Assembly: GCF_046119375.1 (NCBI RefSeq)
Contig: NW_027362769.1
Span: forward strand, 358,794,001-358,858,000
Direction of reading: 5' to 3'
DNA: 64,000 nucleotides
Source: Phyllobates terribilis
Lineage: Eukaryota
The notes beneath the pieces were generated by a model. The model saw only the letters and a list, made by a program, of their open reading frames with translations. It was not told the origin of the DNA and ran no database searches. Position numbers and translations under genes: made by a program. Shown in pieces: positions 20,733-31,732 of the stretch (the first letter of the stretch is position 1; the number at the start of each line of letters is the position of its first letter).

Positions 20733-23700
20733 TGTTAGAACTCTCCTGTTAGGTTTTTTTTAGTTTGCTGGTCACATGACCATTTTTGCCTATTTAATCC
20801 GGCTCCGCCCTCCTGGTTTTGCTGGACTTCATTGTATTTACTACTCTTGAGCTAGCTTGGTGCTCTGTTGCCGTTCTCTGTTAGTTTTGCTAGGTCTTCT
20901 GACCTCTATGCTTTTTGTTGTGTGTTTGTCTTTGACTGCTACTATTTCTGCTAGGAGGTGTCCAACTTATCCCAGTCCCTAGTTCTTGTAGGGATCCCTC
21001 CCTCACATCTATAGGTCTTCGTTCAGACTAGCCGAGGACTTTAGCGGGTCTGATCGCAGGATCAGGTTCCCCGTTACATCGTAGGGATCTAGTTTAGTTC
21101 TATTGTAGGGACAGTTCTCCTGTCTTTCCTTAGTTCCGTAGCAGATCATAACAGTAAGTCCAGCCTTAAAAGAAAAAAAAAAAAAATTTTCTCTAAGGAA
21201 AGACCTCCAGTTTTCCTTCATGGTCTCGGTTCAAGATTTGGCTCAACACTTGCAGGGACTCTCTCTGGAGGTGACCAAGCTCCAACAACACGTGAGTAGC
21301 TGTTCTGGAGCACATTTTGTGGAACCAAAAGTACGTCTGCCTGATTTATTTTTTGGCGAACAACAATATTTTTTTTCTTTTAAAAATGCTTGTTTATTGT
21401 ATTTTCGTTTGAGACCCGGATCCTCTGGTGATGAATCACAGCGCATAGGGTTCATAATGTCACTTTTGAGCAAAGATCCTCAGGGATGGGCCTTCTCTCT
21501 CCAACCTAGTGATCCGTGCTTTAGATCAGTGGATAGTTTTTTTTCTGCTTTGGGTTTGTTGTATGATGATCCTGATCGTGTCTCATCTGCTGAGTCTGAA
21601 TTGAGACGTTTGAGGCAGGGATCAGGTAATGTGGAAAAATATTGTTTTCACTTCCGTCGGTGGTCTGCCCAGGTGGGGTGGAACGATTCAGCTTTGAAAA
21701 GCTTGTTTCTTGCAGGGCTAGGTGAAAGGGTTAAGGATTTACTGATTGCTTATCCCACACCTGGAAACTTGCAGGAGGCAATGCAATTAGCTATACGGGT
21801 GGACAGGAGACTGCGTGCAAGGGTTAATGAGAGCAAATCCTCTGCTATGTCAGCTCCGAGTCTTGAGAGGGTCTGTGCTGACAATGGAGAGCCGATGGAG
21901 ATTGGGGCGATGGCACCCCGCTCTCAGGAAAAAGATCGCAGGCTTTCTGAAGGCTTGTGCTTCTATTGCGGAAATTCTGGTCATTTCATTAAGAACTGTG
22001 TGCTTCGTATGAAGAAAGAAAAAAAAATGGTCAGTTATGCCCGTATTGCCTGTTTAAATTCTAAGGGAGTATTCCTATCTGCCACTACTGCTGCTCAGGA
22101 TGAGTTAATTGAATTTCGGGTATTTGTGGATTGTGGTTCTACTCTGAATGTGATTGATGGGGGATTCTTGGAAAAACTTAGATTAGAACCTAAAACTTTG
22201 TCATCCCCTATTGCTGTGGTTTCTGTTGATGGCTCTCCCTTGAAGAGTGTTACTCATAAGGTCTGTGAATTTCCCCTCACTATTAATGGTATTCACCAAG
22301 AAAATTTGGATTTGGTGGTATTGGATAATTTGCCTTCTCCAGTAATATTGGGGTTACACTGGTTAAAATTGCACAATCCTGTACTGGATTGGTCTACCAA
22401 TGAAATTAAGTCCTGGAGCCCTAAGTGTTATGACAAGTGTTGTAACGGACGTATTGCCGCTGTGGATAAAGGGGAATTGCCTGTACCTATTCAGGATTTT
22501 TGGAGAGTTTTTTCTGAGGAGGAGTCACAAATTTTGCCTCCCCATAGAGACTATGATTGTACCATTGAATTTGTCCCTGGAGCGACTCTTCCTAAAAGTC
22601 GTTTATTTAATCTTACTATTCCTGAGAGAAAGGCTTTGGAGGAATACATACAGACAAGCTTGGCCGCCGGTCACATTAGGCCTTCCAAGTCTCCTGTGGC
22701 TGTTGAATTTTTTTTTGTAAAAAAAAAAGATGGCGGTTTACGTCCTTGTCTGGACTTTCGTGAGATTAATAAAATTACTGTACGCAATCCTTACCCACTG
22801 CCATTGATTCCTGATTTATTTAACCAGTTAGTGGGGGCCAAGTGGTTCTCTAAAATTGATCTCCGGAGGGCATACAATCTGTTGCGCATGAAGGAGGGTG
22901 ATGAATGGAAGACTGCTTTTAACACTCCTGTGAGTCATTTTGAGAATCTGGTTATGCCTTTTGGTCTTACCAATGCTCCAGCATTTTTTCAGAATCTTAT
23001 TAATGACATCCTTAGACCTTTAATCGGCAAAAATGTGGTTGTGTATTTGGATGACATTCTGATTTATTTGCCTGATCTGGAGTCTCATTGGCGGAGCGTA
23101 CATGAGGTATTACAGTTATTAATGGACAATTCGCTTTTTGCTAAGCTGGAGAAATGTGAGTTTGCTGTACAGAGAATTAGTTTTTTGGGCTACATTATCT
23201 CCAGTGAAGGTTTTGAGATGGACCCGGTTAAAGTTCAAGCTGTGCAGGAATGGCCTAGGCCTATTGGTTTGAAATCGATACAGAGGTTTTTGGGTTTCGC
23301 CAATTATTACAGAAAATTCATAAAAAAAATTTCTATTATTGTCAAACCGCTGACCGATCTCACCAGGAAAGGTGCTAATGCGGTTCAGTGGACTTCTGAG
23401 GCCATTGAAGCTTTTGTGTTTCTAAAGGAGAGGTTCACCTCTGCTCCCATCCTTATGCAGCCTGATGTGACTAAGCCGTTTTTGGTTGAGGTTGATGCTT
23501 CTTCGGTGGGGGTCGGTGCGGTGTTGTCTCAGGAAAACAAGGATGGAGTACATCCCTGTGCCTTTTTTTCAAAAAAATTTTCTGAGACTGAACTTAATTA
23601 CGATATTGGTAATCGGGAATTGCTGGCGATTAAACTCGCATTTGAACACTGGCGTCACCTCTTGGAAGGTGCTGAATTTCCCATTCAGGTTTTCACTGAT

Positions 23701-25723
23701 CATAAAAATCTGATCTATCTTGATGCTGCCAAGCGCTTGAATGCCCGTCAGGCTAGGTGGGCACTTTTTTTCTCGCAGTTTAATTTTTCCGTTACTTACA
23801 TCCCGGGTACCAAGAATGTTAAAGCGGATGCTTTGTCTCGCAGCTTTTCTCCCATGGTCGGTGTTGAGGAGGAAGAGGAGAGCATTTTACAAGAAGGTGT
23901 TGTGATTGCTGCTTTGGACTCCATTTTGGAGGATGAGATTCTTAAAGCTCAGGAGAATGCCCCATCTAACACTCCCCATGGGAGGTTGTTTGTGCCTAGG
24001 ACCTTTAGGAGAGATTTGTTTGTTGAGTGTCATGAGTCTCGGTTGGCAGGTCATCCAGGAATTTCTGAGACCAAGAGACTTGTGGGTCGCAGTTTTTGGT
24101 GGCCTGGATGGCAGAAGGAAGTCATTAAGTGGGTGCGCCAATGTACTGTGTGTGCTAGATCCAAGTCTTCGCATGCTCCTGCTGCGGGGTTGCTTTGCCC
24201 TCTGGAGGTTCCTAGTGCACCTTGGACACATCTGGCTATGGACTTTATTGCTGACCTTCCCCCCTCTGAAGGTTTCACGGTCATCTGGGTGGTCGTGGAC
24301 CGTTTTAGCAAGATGTGTCACTTGGTTCCCTTCATCAAACTGCCTTGCGCTAAGACACTCGCTAAGGCCTTTGTCAAGGAAATTGTCAGACTACATGGTG
24401 TTCCTACTGACATTGTTTCTGATAGGGGACCTCAGTTCGTGGCTCGTTTTTGGCGTGCCTTTTGTGACAGGTTGGGAGTACATTTGTCATTTTCATCTGG
24501 ATATCATCCTGAGTCTAATGGCCAGACAGAAAGGAAGAACCAGGATGTTGAGCAGTTCTTGCGTTGTTTTGTGGCAGACAATCAAGAGGGGTGGTCTGAG
24601 TTTCTGCCACTTGCTGAATTTGCTCTTAACAACCATACATCCTCTTCTGCTGGGTGTTCGCCTTTTTTTTGTTGTTCTGGGAGACATCCGTCTTTTGGGT
24701 CATTCTCCAAATTGGTTTCGGCTGTGCCTGAGGAGGAGAGTTTTTCCGGTGATTTGGAGAGAGTTTGGACGGATGTGCGTGGTAATCTTCAGGAGGCTAA
24801 CAAAAAATCTAAGAGGTACTTTGATAGGAAACGGCAAGAGGTTTTGTTTGCTGTTGGTGACATGGTTTGGTTGTCCTCTAAGAATCTGCGATTGAGGATT
24901 CCTTCTAAAAAATTGGGTCCCAAGTTCGTAGGGCCCTTTAAGGTGCTTCAGATAGTTAACCAATCTGCTGTTAGGTTGGAGGTTCCTACGTCCTGGAAGA
25001 TTAACCCGGTGTTTCATGTTTCTCTGTTGAAAAAAGCTGATGTGTCTGATGGTGACGCCTCTGCCACTGTTCCTCCGGTGGTGGAGGACGGGGAATATGA
25101 AATTTCCCGCATCCTAAATTCTAGACGGTATAGAGGGAGTTTGCAGTATCTCGTCGCTTGGAAGGGTTTCGGACCTGAGGATAACTCATGGGTGAGGGCG
25201 GATGATGTTTATGCTTCCAGACTTGTCAGAGCGTTTCACAGGAGGTTTCCTGGTAAGCCTGGGCCTAGGGGATCCGGAGGATCCTCTTAGAAGAGGGGGT
25301 ACTGTTAGAACTCTCCTGTTAGTTTTTTTTTAGTTTGCTGGTCACATGACCATTTTTGCCTATTTAATTCGGCTCCGCCCTCCTGGTCTTGCTGGACTTC
25401 ATTGTATTTACTACTCTTGAGCTAGCTTGGTGCTCTGTTGCCGTTCTCTGTTAGTTTTGCTAGGTCTTCTGACCTCTATGCTTTTTGTTGTGTGTTTGTC
25501 TTTGACTGCTACTATTTCTGCTAGGAGGTGTCCAACTTATCCCAGTCCCTAGTTCTTGTAGGGATCCCTCCCTCACATCTATAGGTCTTCGTTCAGACTA
25601 GCCGAGGACTTTAGCGGGTCTGATCGCAGGATCAGGTTTCCCGTTACATCGTAGGGATCTAGTTTAGTTCTATTGTAGGGACAGTTCTCCTGTCTTTCCT
25701 TAGTTCCGTAGCAGATCATAACA
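20733..25723 (+). mobile_element. Element C: Ty3/Gypsy chromovirus nested in element B LTR-3
   Basis: 421-bp LTRs (20733-21153 and 25303-25723, 4 differences seen), ACAGG TSD, PPT AGAAGAGGGGG at about 25289-25299. Confidence 0.98.
21220..25290 (+). CDS. gag-pol: Element C single Gag-Pol ORF (1356 aa)
   Basis: CFYCGNSGHFIKNC knuckle, VDCG protease, YLDD RT, RNase H, HHCC/DDE integrase, EYEISRIL..VAWKGFGP chromodomain. Confidence 0.95.
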   Translation: MVSVQDLAQHLQGLSLEVTKLQQHVSSCSGAHFVEPKVRLPDLFFGEQQYFFSFKNACLLYFRLRPGSSGDESQRIGFIMSLLSKDPQGWAFSLQPSDPCFRSVDSFFSALGLLYDDPDRVSSAESELRRLRQGSGNVEKYCFHFRRWSAQVGWNDSALKSLFLAGLGERVKDLLIAYPTPGNLQEAMQLAIRVDRRLRARVNESKSSAMSAPSLERVCADNGEPMEIGAMAPRSQEKDRRLSEGLCFYCGNSGHFIKNCVLRMKKEKKMVSYARIACLNSKGVFLSATTAAQDELIEFRVFVDCGSTLNVIDGGFLEKLRLEPKTLSSPIAVVSVDGSPLKSVTHKVCEFPLTINGIHQENLDLVVLDNLPSPVILGLHWLKLHNPVLDWSTNEIKSWSPKCYDKCCNGRIAAVDKGELPVPIQDFWRVFSEEESQILPPHRDYDCTIEFVPGATLPKSRLFNLTIPERKALEEYIQTSLAAGHIRPSKSPVAVEFFFVKKKDGGLRPCLDFREINKITVRNPYPLPLIPDLFNQLVGAKWFSKIDLRRAYNLLRMKEGDEWKTAFNTPVSHFENLVMPFGLTNAPAFFQNLINDILRPLIGKNVVVYLDDILIYLPDLESHWRSVHEVLQLLMDNSLFAKLEKCEFAVQRISFLGYIISSEGFEMDPVKVQAVQEWPRPIGLKSIQRFLGFANYYRKFIKKISIIVKPLTDLTRKGANAVQWTSEAIEAFVFLKERFTSAPILMQPDVTKPFLVEVDASSVGVGAVLSQENKDGVHPCAFFSKKFSETELNYDIGNRELLAIKLAFEHWRHLLEGAEFPIQVFTDHKNLIYLDAAKRLNARQARWALFFSQFNFSVTYIPGTKNVKADALSRSFSPMVGVEEEEESILQEGVVIAALDSILEDEILKAQENAPSNTPHGRLFVPRTFRRDLFVECHESRLAGHPGISETKRLVGRSFWWPGWQKEVIKWVRQCTVCARSKSSHAPAAGLLCPLEVPSAPWTHLAMDFIADLPPSEGFTVIWVVVDRFSKMCHLVPFIKLPCAKTLAKAFVKEIVRLHGVPTDIVSDRGPQFVARFWRAFCDRLGVHLSFSSGYHPESNGQTERKNQDVEQFLRCFVADNQEGWSEFLPLAEFALNNHTSSSAGCSPFFCCSGRHPSFGSFSKLVSAVPEEESFSGDLERVWTDVRGNLQEANKKSKRYFDRKRQEVLFAVGDMVWLSSKNLRLRIPSKKLGPKFVGPFKVLQIVNQSAVRLEVPTSWKINPVFHVSLLKKADVSDGDASATVPPVVEDGEYEISRILNSRRYRGSLQYLVAWKGFGPEDNSWVRADDVYASRLVRAFHRRFPGKPGPRGSGGSS

Positions 25724-26909
25724 ACAGGCAGGTAGGCTGGCACACAGGCAAGTGGGTATTGGCAAGTACGGCTGGTATGCTGGCAGGTGGGCACTGGCAA
25801 GTACGGCTGGTATGTAGGCAGGAGGGGGTACTGGCCGGCACGGCTGGAGTGCCAACAGGGAGGCACTAGCAGGTTGGAGCGCAGACTGGATAGAGGCCAG
25901 TACAGACTGGGAGACAGGAACAAAGCCGCATTAGTGGTAAACAGGCAAAGCAGAAAGGAACCGCCGGAGCGGTGGACTAGACAGAGCAAAGGGGAACCGC
26001 CGAAGCGGTGAGCAAGCAGAGCAGAACTAAACCGCAGATGCGGTGAACAAGTAGAGCGAAGCAAAACCACAGGTGTGGAGAACAAGCAGAGAGGAGCAAA
26101 CACCGCAAGCTCGGTGAACAGACAAAGCGGAGCAGAACCGCAAGCGCAGTGAACAGACAGAGCGGAGCAGAACAGCAAGCGCGGTGGACAAAATAGAGCA
26201 GAACGGGACTGACAGTGCAAGCAGAAAGGACAGGGCTCTGTTCACATGGAACAGATAAGAAAATACAGTAAAATGGCTAGAACACAGAAGGGAGATACAG
26301 AGGAAGGGAAAAGAGACAAACAGAACCAGATACACACAAGGTACTTACAATGAAGTAGCGAGTGGACACAAAACTCACAAACAGAAGTACAGAGACAACA
26401 AATTGGAGCTAGGTGCAGGTTCAGACAATGCAGGAAAGGGAGGGTACGGACAGAGCAACAAAACAGGTAACAGGCTAAGGTACAGTTCAGACAGGAACTG
26501 CTACTGCAAGGGATAAATGAACCAGTCTGGGAATACAGTCCCCCGAGTGGCAGAAACAGACTAGAAGACAGAGGTAACAGGACAGGACATGGCAATACAG
26601 AATGCAAAGACAAACTGAGTGAAGGTGTTGCTCAGGCGCCTCCTACTGGGTGAAGGGGGTTTAAATATCCAGGGACTCACAGCAATAGGCTGGAGACGCA
26701 TTAGGGGTGCGCCCACAGCAGGTATAAGAAGCAGGAAGCAACTGGGCCGCCGCCCTAAGCAGTCAGACCAGAGCATGAACACAGTAAGAACAGGAGCACG
26801 GCTTACAAACTGGACTGAAGGCTAAGATTGCGATCTTGCATAGTGGGAGATGGTGCACTATGCAAGTACGCCACCAGGTATGTTACACACTGCTTCTTTG
26901 TGTAGCATC

Positions 26910-27913
26910 ATGGGAAAGTCTAAAGAATTCAGCCAAGATATCAGGAAGAGAACTGTGGACTTGCACAAGTCTGGCTCATCCTTGGGTAAAATTTCAAGAT
27001 ACTTGAAGGTGCCTTGTTCATCTGCACGAACAATTATACGCAAGTATAAACAAGATGGGAATGTTTAGCCATCATACCGCTCAGGAAGGAGACGGGTTCT
27101 ATGTCCCAGAGATGAACGTGCTTTGGTCCGACATGTGCATATCAACCCAAAGATAAAAGCAAAAGACCTTGTAAAGATGATGGCAATAGCTGGTAAGATT
27201 GTGTCAATATCCACAGTGAAACGAGTTCAGTATCAACATGGGCTGAAAGGCCACTCTGCCAGGAAGAAGCCATTACTCCAAAAGAAACATAAAATAGCCA
27301 GATTAATGTTTGCAAATGCACACAGGAACAAAGACCTTAATATTTGGAGACATGTCCTTTGGTCTGATGAAACTAAAATTTAACTTTTCGTGCCTAATGA
27401 CCTTCGTTACGTTTGGAGGAAAAACAGAGAAGCTTGGAAGCATAAGAACACCATCCCAACTGTGAAACACAGGGGTGGCAGCATCATGTTGTAGGGTTGT
27501 TTTGCTGCAGGAGGGACTGGTGCACTTCACAAAACAGATTGCTTTATGAGAAAAGAAGATTATGTGGCAATACTGAAGCAACATCTCAAGACATCAGCCA
27601 GGAAGTTAAAGCTTGGGCAGAAATGGGTCTTCCAAATGGACAATGATCTGAAGCATACTGCCAAAATGGTAACAAAGTCAATGTTTTGGAGTGGCCATCA
27701 GAAAGCACTGATCTCAATCCTATTGAAAATTTATGGGTAAAGCTGAAAAGGCAGGTGCGAGCAAGGCGACCTACAAACCTGGATCAGTTACACCAGTTTT
27801 GTCAGGAGGAATGGGCCCAAATTCCAGCCAACTATTGTGAGAAGCTTGTGGAAGGATATCCCAAACGTTTCACCCAAGTCATTCAGTTTAAGGGCAATGG
27901 TACCAAATACTAA
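26910..27913 (+). pseudogene. Sleeping-Beauty-like transposase pseudogene of the host Tc1
   Basis: MGKSKEFSQDIRKR..HKSGSSLG, ARKKPLL, WSDETKI, DNDLKH and FKGNGTKY* fragments with stops and frameshifts. Confidence 0.92.
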
Positions 27914-28254
27914 TGAAATATATGTAGACTTTTGACTTTGCACTAAGAAATAAAAATGCCTTAAAACATTCTCTCTGTCTCATTATTCTGGCATTTGGCA
28001 AATATTAAACATTATGGAAATCCTAATTGACCTAAATCAGGAAAGGTTTATTCTGATTTCATGTCAGATATAGAGTAAAACATACAGATGTGTCTTTTTA
28101 TATAGCGTATGGAAACTACTGGATTCAACTGTATGTGTGATATGTTGTATATTAATAATGTATGTGTGGGAAAGTGGGAAATAGTGTTGTGTTTCATTCG
28201 TTAAATCTTTTGGGGGGAAGGGGCAGAGTTAGTTAAAGGGAGACAATGCTTTAA

Positions 28255-29355
28255 AGGAAACCTGTTAGGTACCCCATGCCCACCAACCCACCAGCATTTG
28301 TGTATTTATTGCTAAATTCCCTGCCTAACCAGCCCTTTATCCTGTTATCTGAGAGACACCGCTCGCTTTGATGGCAATCCTGGCATTGGGTGAATCCTGG
28401 CAGGGTGGGGTGCTGTCTGTGCATGCGCCATCAAATGGATTCCTGTAAGCCTGACACAGCATTACCCAGTATGACGCGGTGCTGGTCGTTTTAGGGATGT
28501 GTCATTAACATAGCGTGCTGCTTCCTCCAGGATTGGAGGTGGAGGATTGGAGTTCTGTAGCAATAATGCTACAACACGCATAATAGGCTGCGCGCTCATA
28601 TATCCTTGAGACATAATGAAGGATAGGGTGATGGATGGTGACACACTAATGGGGAGTGTACTTACACATTCATGCTGCGGACATCCTCATAGCCTGTTAG
28701 GATAGATATATATATATAGTACATATGATGGGATTTGTAGAAGTTAGATGACATAACGTATAAGGCTCTTGTGATTGGTCCATTTCATACACACACAAAA
28801 AAAATTCAGCCATCATTGGTTAATTAGTATACACACTTACCTTTATATACCCACCTCTTTGCTCCTTCTCCAACACGCCCCCCTGATGAAACAAGAGTGA
28901 AACGAACGTTGGGGAACCAGGACCACATACCACACCATCTTGTCAGACATATAAGCAATTTCTTCTATTTTTTAGTATATATGTCCTACCACACCATCTT
29001 GTCTGCACTGCACTTCACATGACCGGAAGTGCAGAAGATGGCTCAGCTACATTTTCTGCACTTTTGGCCATGCGCAGTGCACCTCTGAAGCTGGGAAGCA
29101 TATACCAGGCTTCAGAAGTGCTATGATTTGCCTGAAGAACTAAAGAAAGCCGCACGCATGCTAGCATTCAAAGAGGGACCGCTAGTCTGGGGAAACTAAC
29201 GCTCCTTTGACTCATTAAAGGAGTAATTTGCGCAAGAATAATGGAGCTTATAAATACCTAACTAACAGGATAAAGGGCAGGTTAGGCAGGGAATTTAGCA
29301 ATAAATATACATATGCTGCTGGGTTGTAGGGCATGGGGGACCTGACAGGTTTCCT
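28255..29355. mobile_element. T2/Kolobok-type MITE with TTAA TSD
   Basis: TTAA|AGGAAACCTGT ... ACAGGTTTCCT|TTAA; subterminal AAATTCCCTGCCTAACC also present in inverted copy. Confidence 0.85.
28879..28914 (+). ncRNA. Minimal type I hammerhead-ribozyme-like motif (Penelope pLTR-type)
   Basis: CCCC-CTGATGA-(weak stem II)-GAAA-CGAACG-TT-GGGG: core residues present, 4-bp stem I. Confidence 0.45.
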
Positions 29356-30525
29356 TTAAAGCATTGTCTCAAAGCAGACAACCTTTTTAATACTAAAGGC
29401 GCCATTGATTTACTTCTCAACATGCCTGGCGAACAGTTTTCTACTGTCTCTGCAGCGGCAAATGCAGGGAAAATGTAGTTGGTAAAGTTAAATGGACTTT
29501 ATTACTGTCTTTCAGTTTGCTGATACGACTGAGGTCTTATGGGATTGACCCGGTCTTGAAGTCTATTTAATCCTATAGTTTATGGTTAGTTTCCCACTTA
29601 AATAACTAAGTTTGGAGCGAGATTATTTATTTGCGGTAATAAATGGATTTAATATTTATACATGGCAAGAGACCAATACGACCATCATCCACCACGTTCT
29701 GTCGGCTCGTCGGCTGCAGATGATAATGTGATTGTTGTATTCTCTTCCGACACATGAACGTGTATTAATCATAGCTTCTTCTCGTTGATCTTAAGATCCG
29801 GCTCGGGAGAAGGTTGGCTCCATATTAGCCATTACTGAATACAATATATATGTCTGGCATCTGCAGGGAAAGATACCGGAGCAGAGTGACTTGTGCATTG
29901 TAAATAATAGTCTTCCCGTGATAATGAGTTCTGCCTGTGTTCCGGATAAAATCTGCGCACCCCAGAAATGCAATGCAGGTAGGCGTGAAATGACTTACTG
30001 TACGAGTCTTATGACTTCACTCATCATGAGATAAGTCAGAGAGGGGCTCTGAGCGGTCTCAGGCTGAATTTTAGAGAACGGTCCTTTACTTTGGATAGTG
30101 GAATTTACAAAATAACTCTGCTGCGTCGGCTATATCCATGACAGAGCTATAGTGAGGGATATAAATTCCCTAGTATACAGGGTGTGGGTTGTAACACATG
30201 TTGTGTTGTTTACAAAACAGCTACAATGTTGTTACAATGTAGAAACCGCACTGCAACAGCGAAGATGAGGAACACTGACTTTACAATGAAGATAAAGCAT
30301 ACTAACCATAGGAATCCATGGTTCTCACATGTGCTTACTTTCATATGTATAAACCATAAGGGAAAGGGAAACTCCAGTCATCACATAATCCAAAAAGTTA
30401 CATTAATGACACCCTAATAAGAATCTCAAAGCGTATAGAGCTTGGAAAAATAAAATAAAAAAATGTATTGGTAAAGATTTTTTGACCGAGGTGGTGATTA
30501 ATTGATTTCTGTATCCATAAACTAA

Positions 30526-31700
30526 AGGGCGTGATATGGCGCAGGGTGGGGGAGGGTGTCCACTGTGGTAGCAGTGTACTATGTGTGGAGGAACTCGGGG
30601 GACATCATAGTATGTGTGGGGAACGATATAAGCACCATACTGTGGGGGTCACTGTAAGGGCATTGCACTGAGGGGGTAATATAATATGGGGTGGGTTGGA
30701 ACTCTAGGGCATCATGCTGTGGGGGGTTCACTGTGGGGGCATTACACTGTGGTAGTGGCACTGAGGGGGTAATGTAATATGGGGTTTGAACTCTGGGGGC
30801 ATCATACTGTGGGGGTCACTGTGGGGGCATCACACTTTGGGAATGGCACTGTGGGAGCAATATTATATGGAGTTGGAACTGTGGGGACATTGCACTGTGG
30901 GTGGGACTGTGGAGTTATCACAATGTGCAGGGGTACTGTGGGGGTCAAAACTGTGTGGGGCGATTCACTCTGGAGTATACTGTGTGGGGGAGGAATTTGA
31001 GGGGCATCATACTGTGGAGGGATCACTGTGGGGACATTACACTGTGGGGGTGGCACTGTAAGGTCAATATAATATGGGGTTGGAACTCTAGGGGCATCAT
31101 ACTGTGGGGGATTGCACTGTGGGGTGGCACTGTAAGGTCAATATAATATGGGTTTGGAACTCTAGGGGCATCATACTGTGGGGGCTCAATGTAGGGGTAA
31201 TATGAGGTTGGAACTCTGGGTGCATCATGCTCTGGGGGGGCACTGTGGGGGAATTACACTGGGAATTACACTGTGGGTGTGGCACTGTGGGTGTAATATC
31301 ATATGGGGTTGGAACTCTGGGGGCATCATACTGTGGGGGGTTACTGTGGGGGAATTGCACTGTCGGTGATGGTGGGACTGTGGAGTTTTCACAATGTGCA
31401 GGGGTATTGTGGGGGAAAAATTGTATGGGGCAATTCACTCTGGAGTATACTGTGTGGGGAGGAATTTTTGGGGGGTTTCACACTGTGGGGGTCACTGTGG
31501 GGGCATTGCACTGTGGGTGGGACTGTGGAGTCATCACAATGTGCATTTGGGGGTACTGTGGGAGGCAAACTGTGTTGGGCGATCCACACTGGAGTATACC
31601 GTGTGTGTGTGTGCGCGGGGGGTAATTTGGGAGGCATCATACTGTATGGAGGCCATAAAAGGGTAGAATATTGAGTAAGAACACTAAGGGGCTTCATTAG
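30526..31700. repeat. G-rich degenerate tandem repeat (ACTGTGGGGG-based), probably the interior of a non-autonomous DNA transposon
   Basis: Repeated CATCATACTGTGGGGG and CACTGTGG units; boundaries approximate. Confidence 0.7.
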
Positions 31701-31732
31701 GGGCTTTATTTTTGTCTATATGCAGGAATATA

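Larger units (their letters stand above)
12870..26887 (-). mobile_element. Element B: non-autonomous sushi-derived LTR element in a three-LTR tandem (LTR-int-LTR-int-LTR)
   Basis: CACTG TSD at 12865-12869 and 26888-26892. Internal regions 14813-16758 and 18558-20500, each with PBS and PPT. No intact RT, RH or IN. Confidence 0.95.
20501..26887 (-). repeat. Element B LTR-3 (about 1391 bp net), split by element C
   Basis: Segments 20501-20732 and 25729-26887; internal deletions relative to LTR-1 and LTR-2. Confidence 0.92.
6067..28131 (+). mobile_element. Sleeping-Beauty-like Tc1 interrupted by LTR retrotransposons (reconstructed length about 1598 bp)
   Basis: TA|CAGTTGAAACCAGAAG ... GGATTCAACTG|TA. 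Segments 6067-6269, 12714-12869 and 26893-28131 join into one element once insertions and TSDs are removed. Confidence 0.93.

Noticed and set aside
29640-30200. TE-free, CpG-retaining stretch as a possible conserved non-coding element (similar at 46600-47500)
   Set aside because: This cannot be supported without cross-species alignment.
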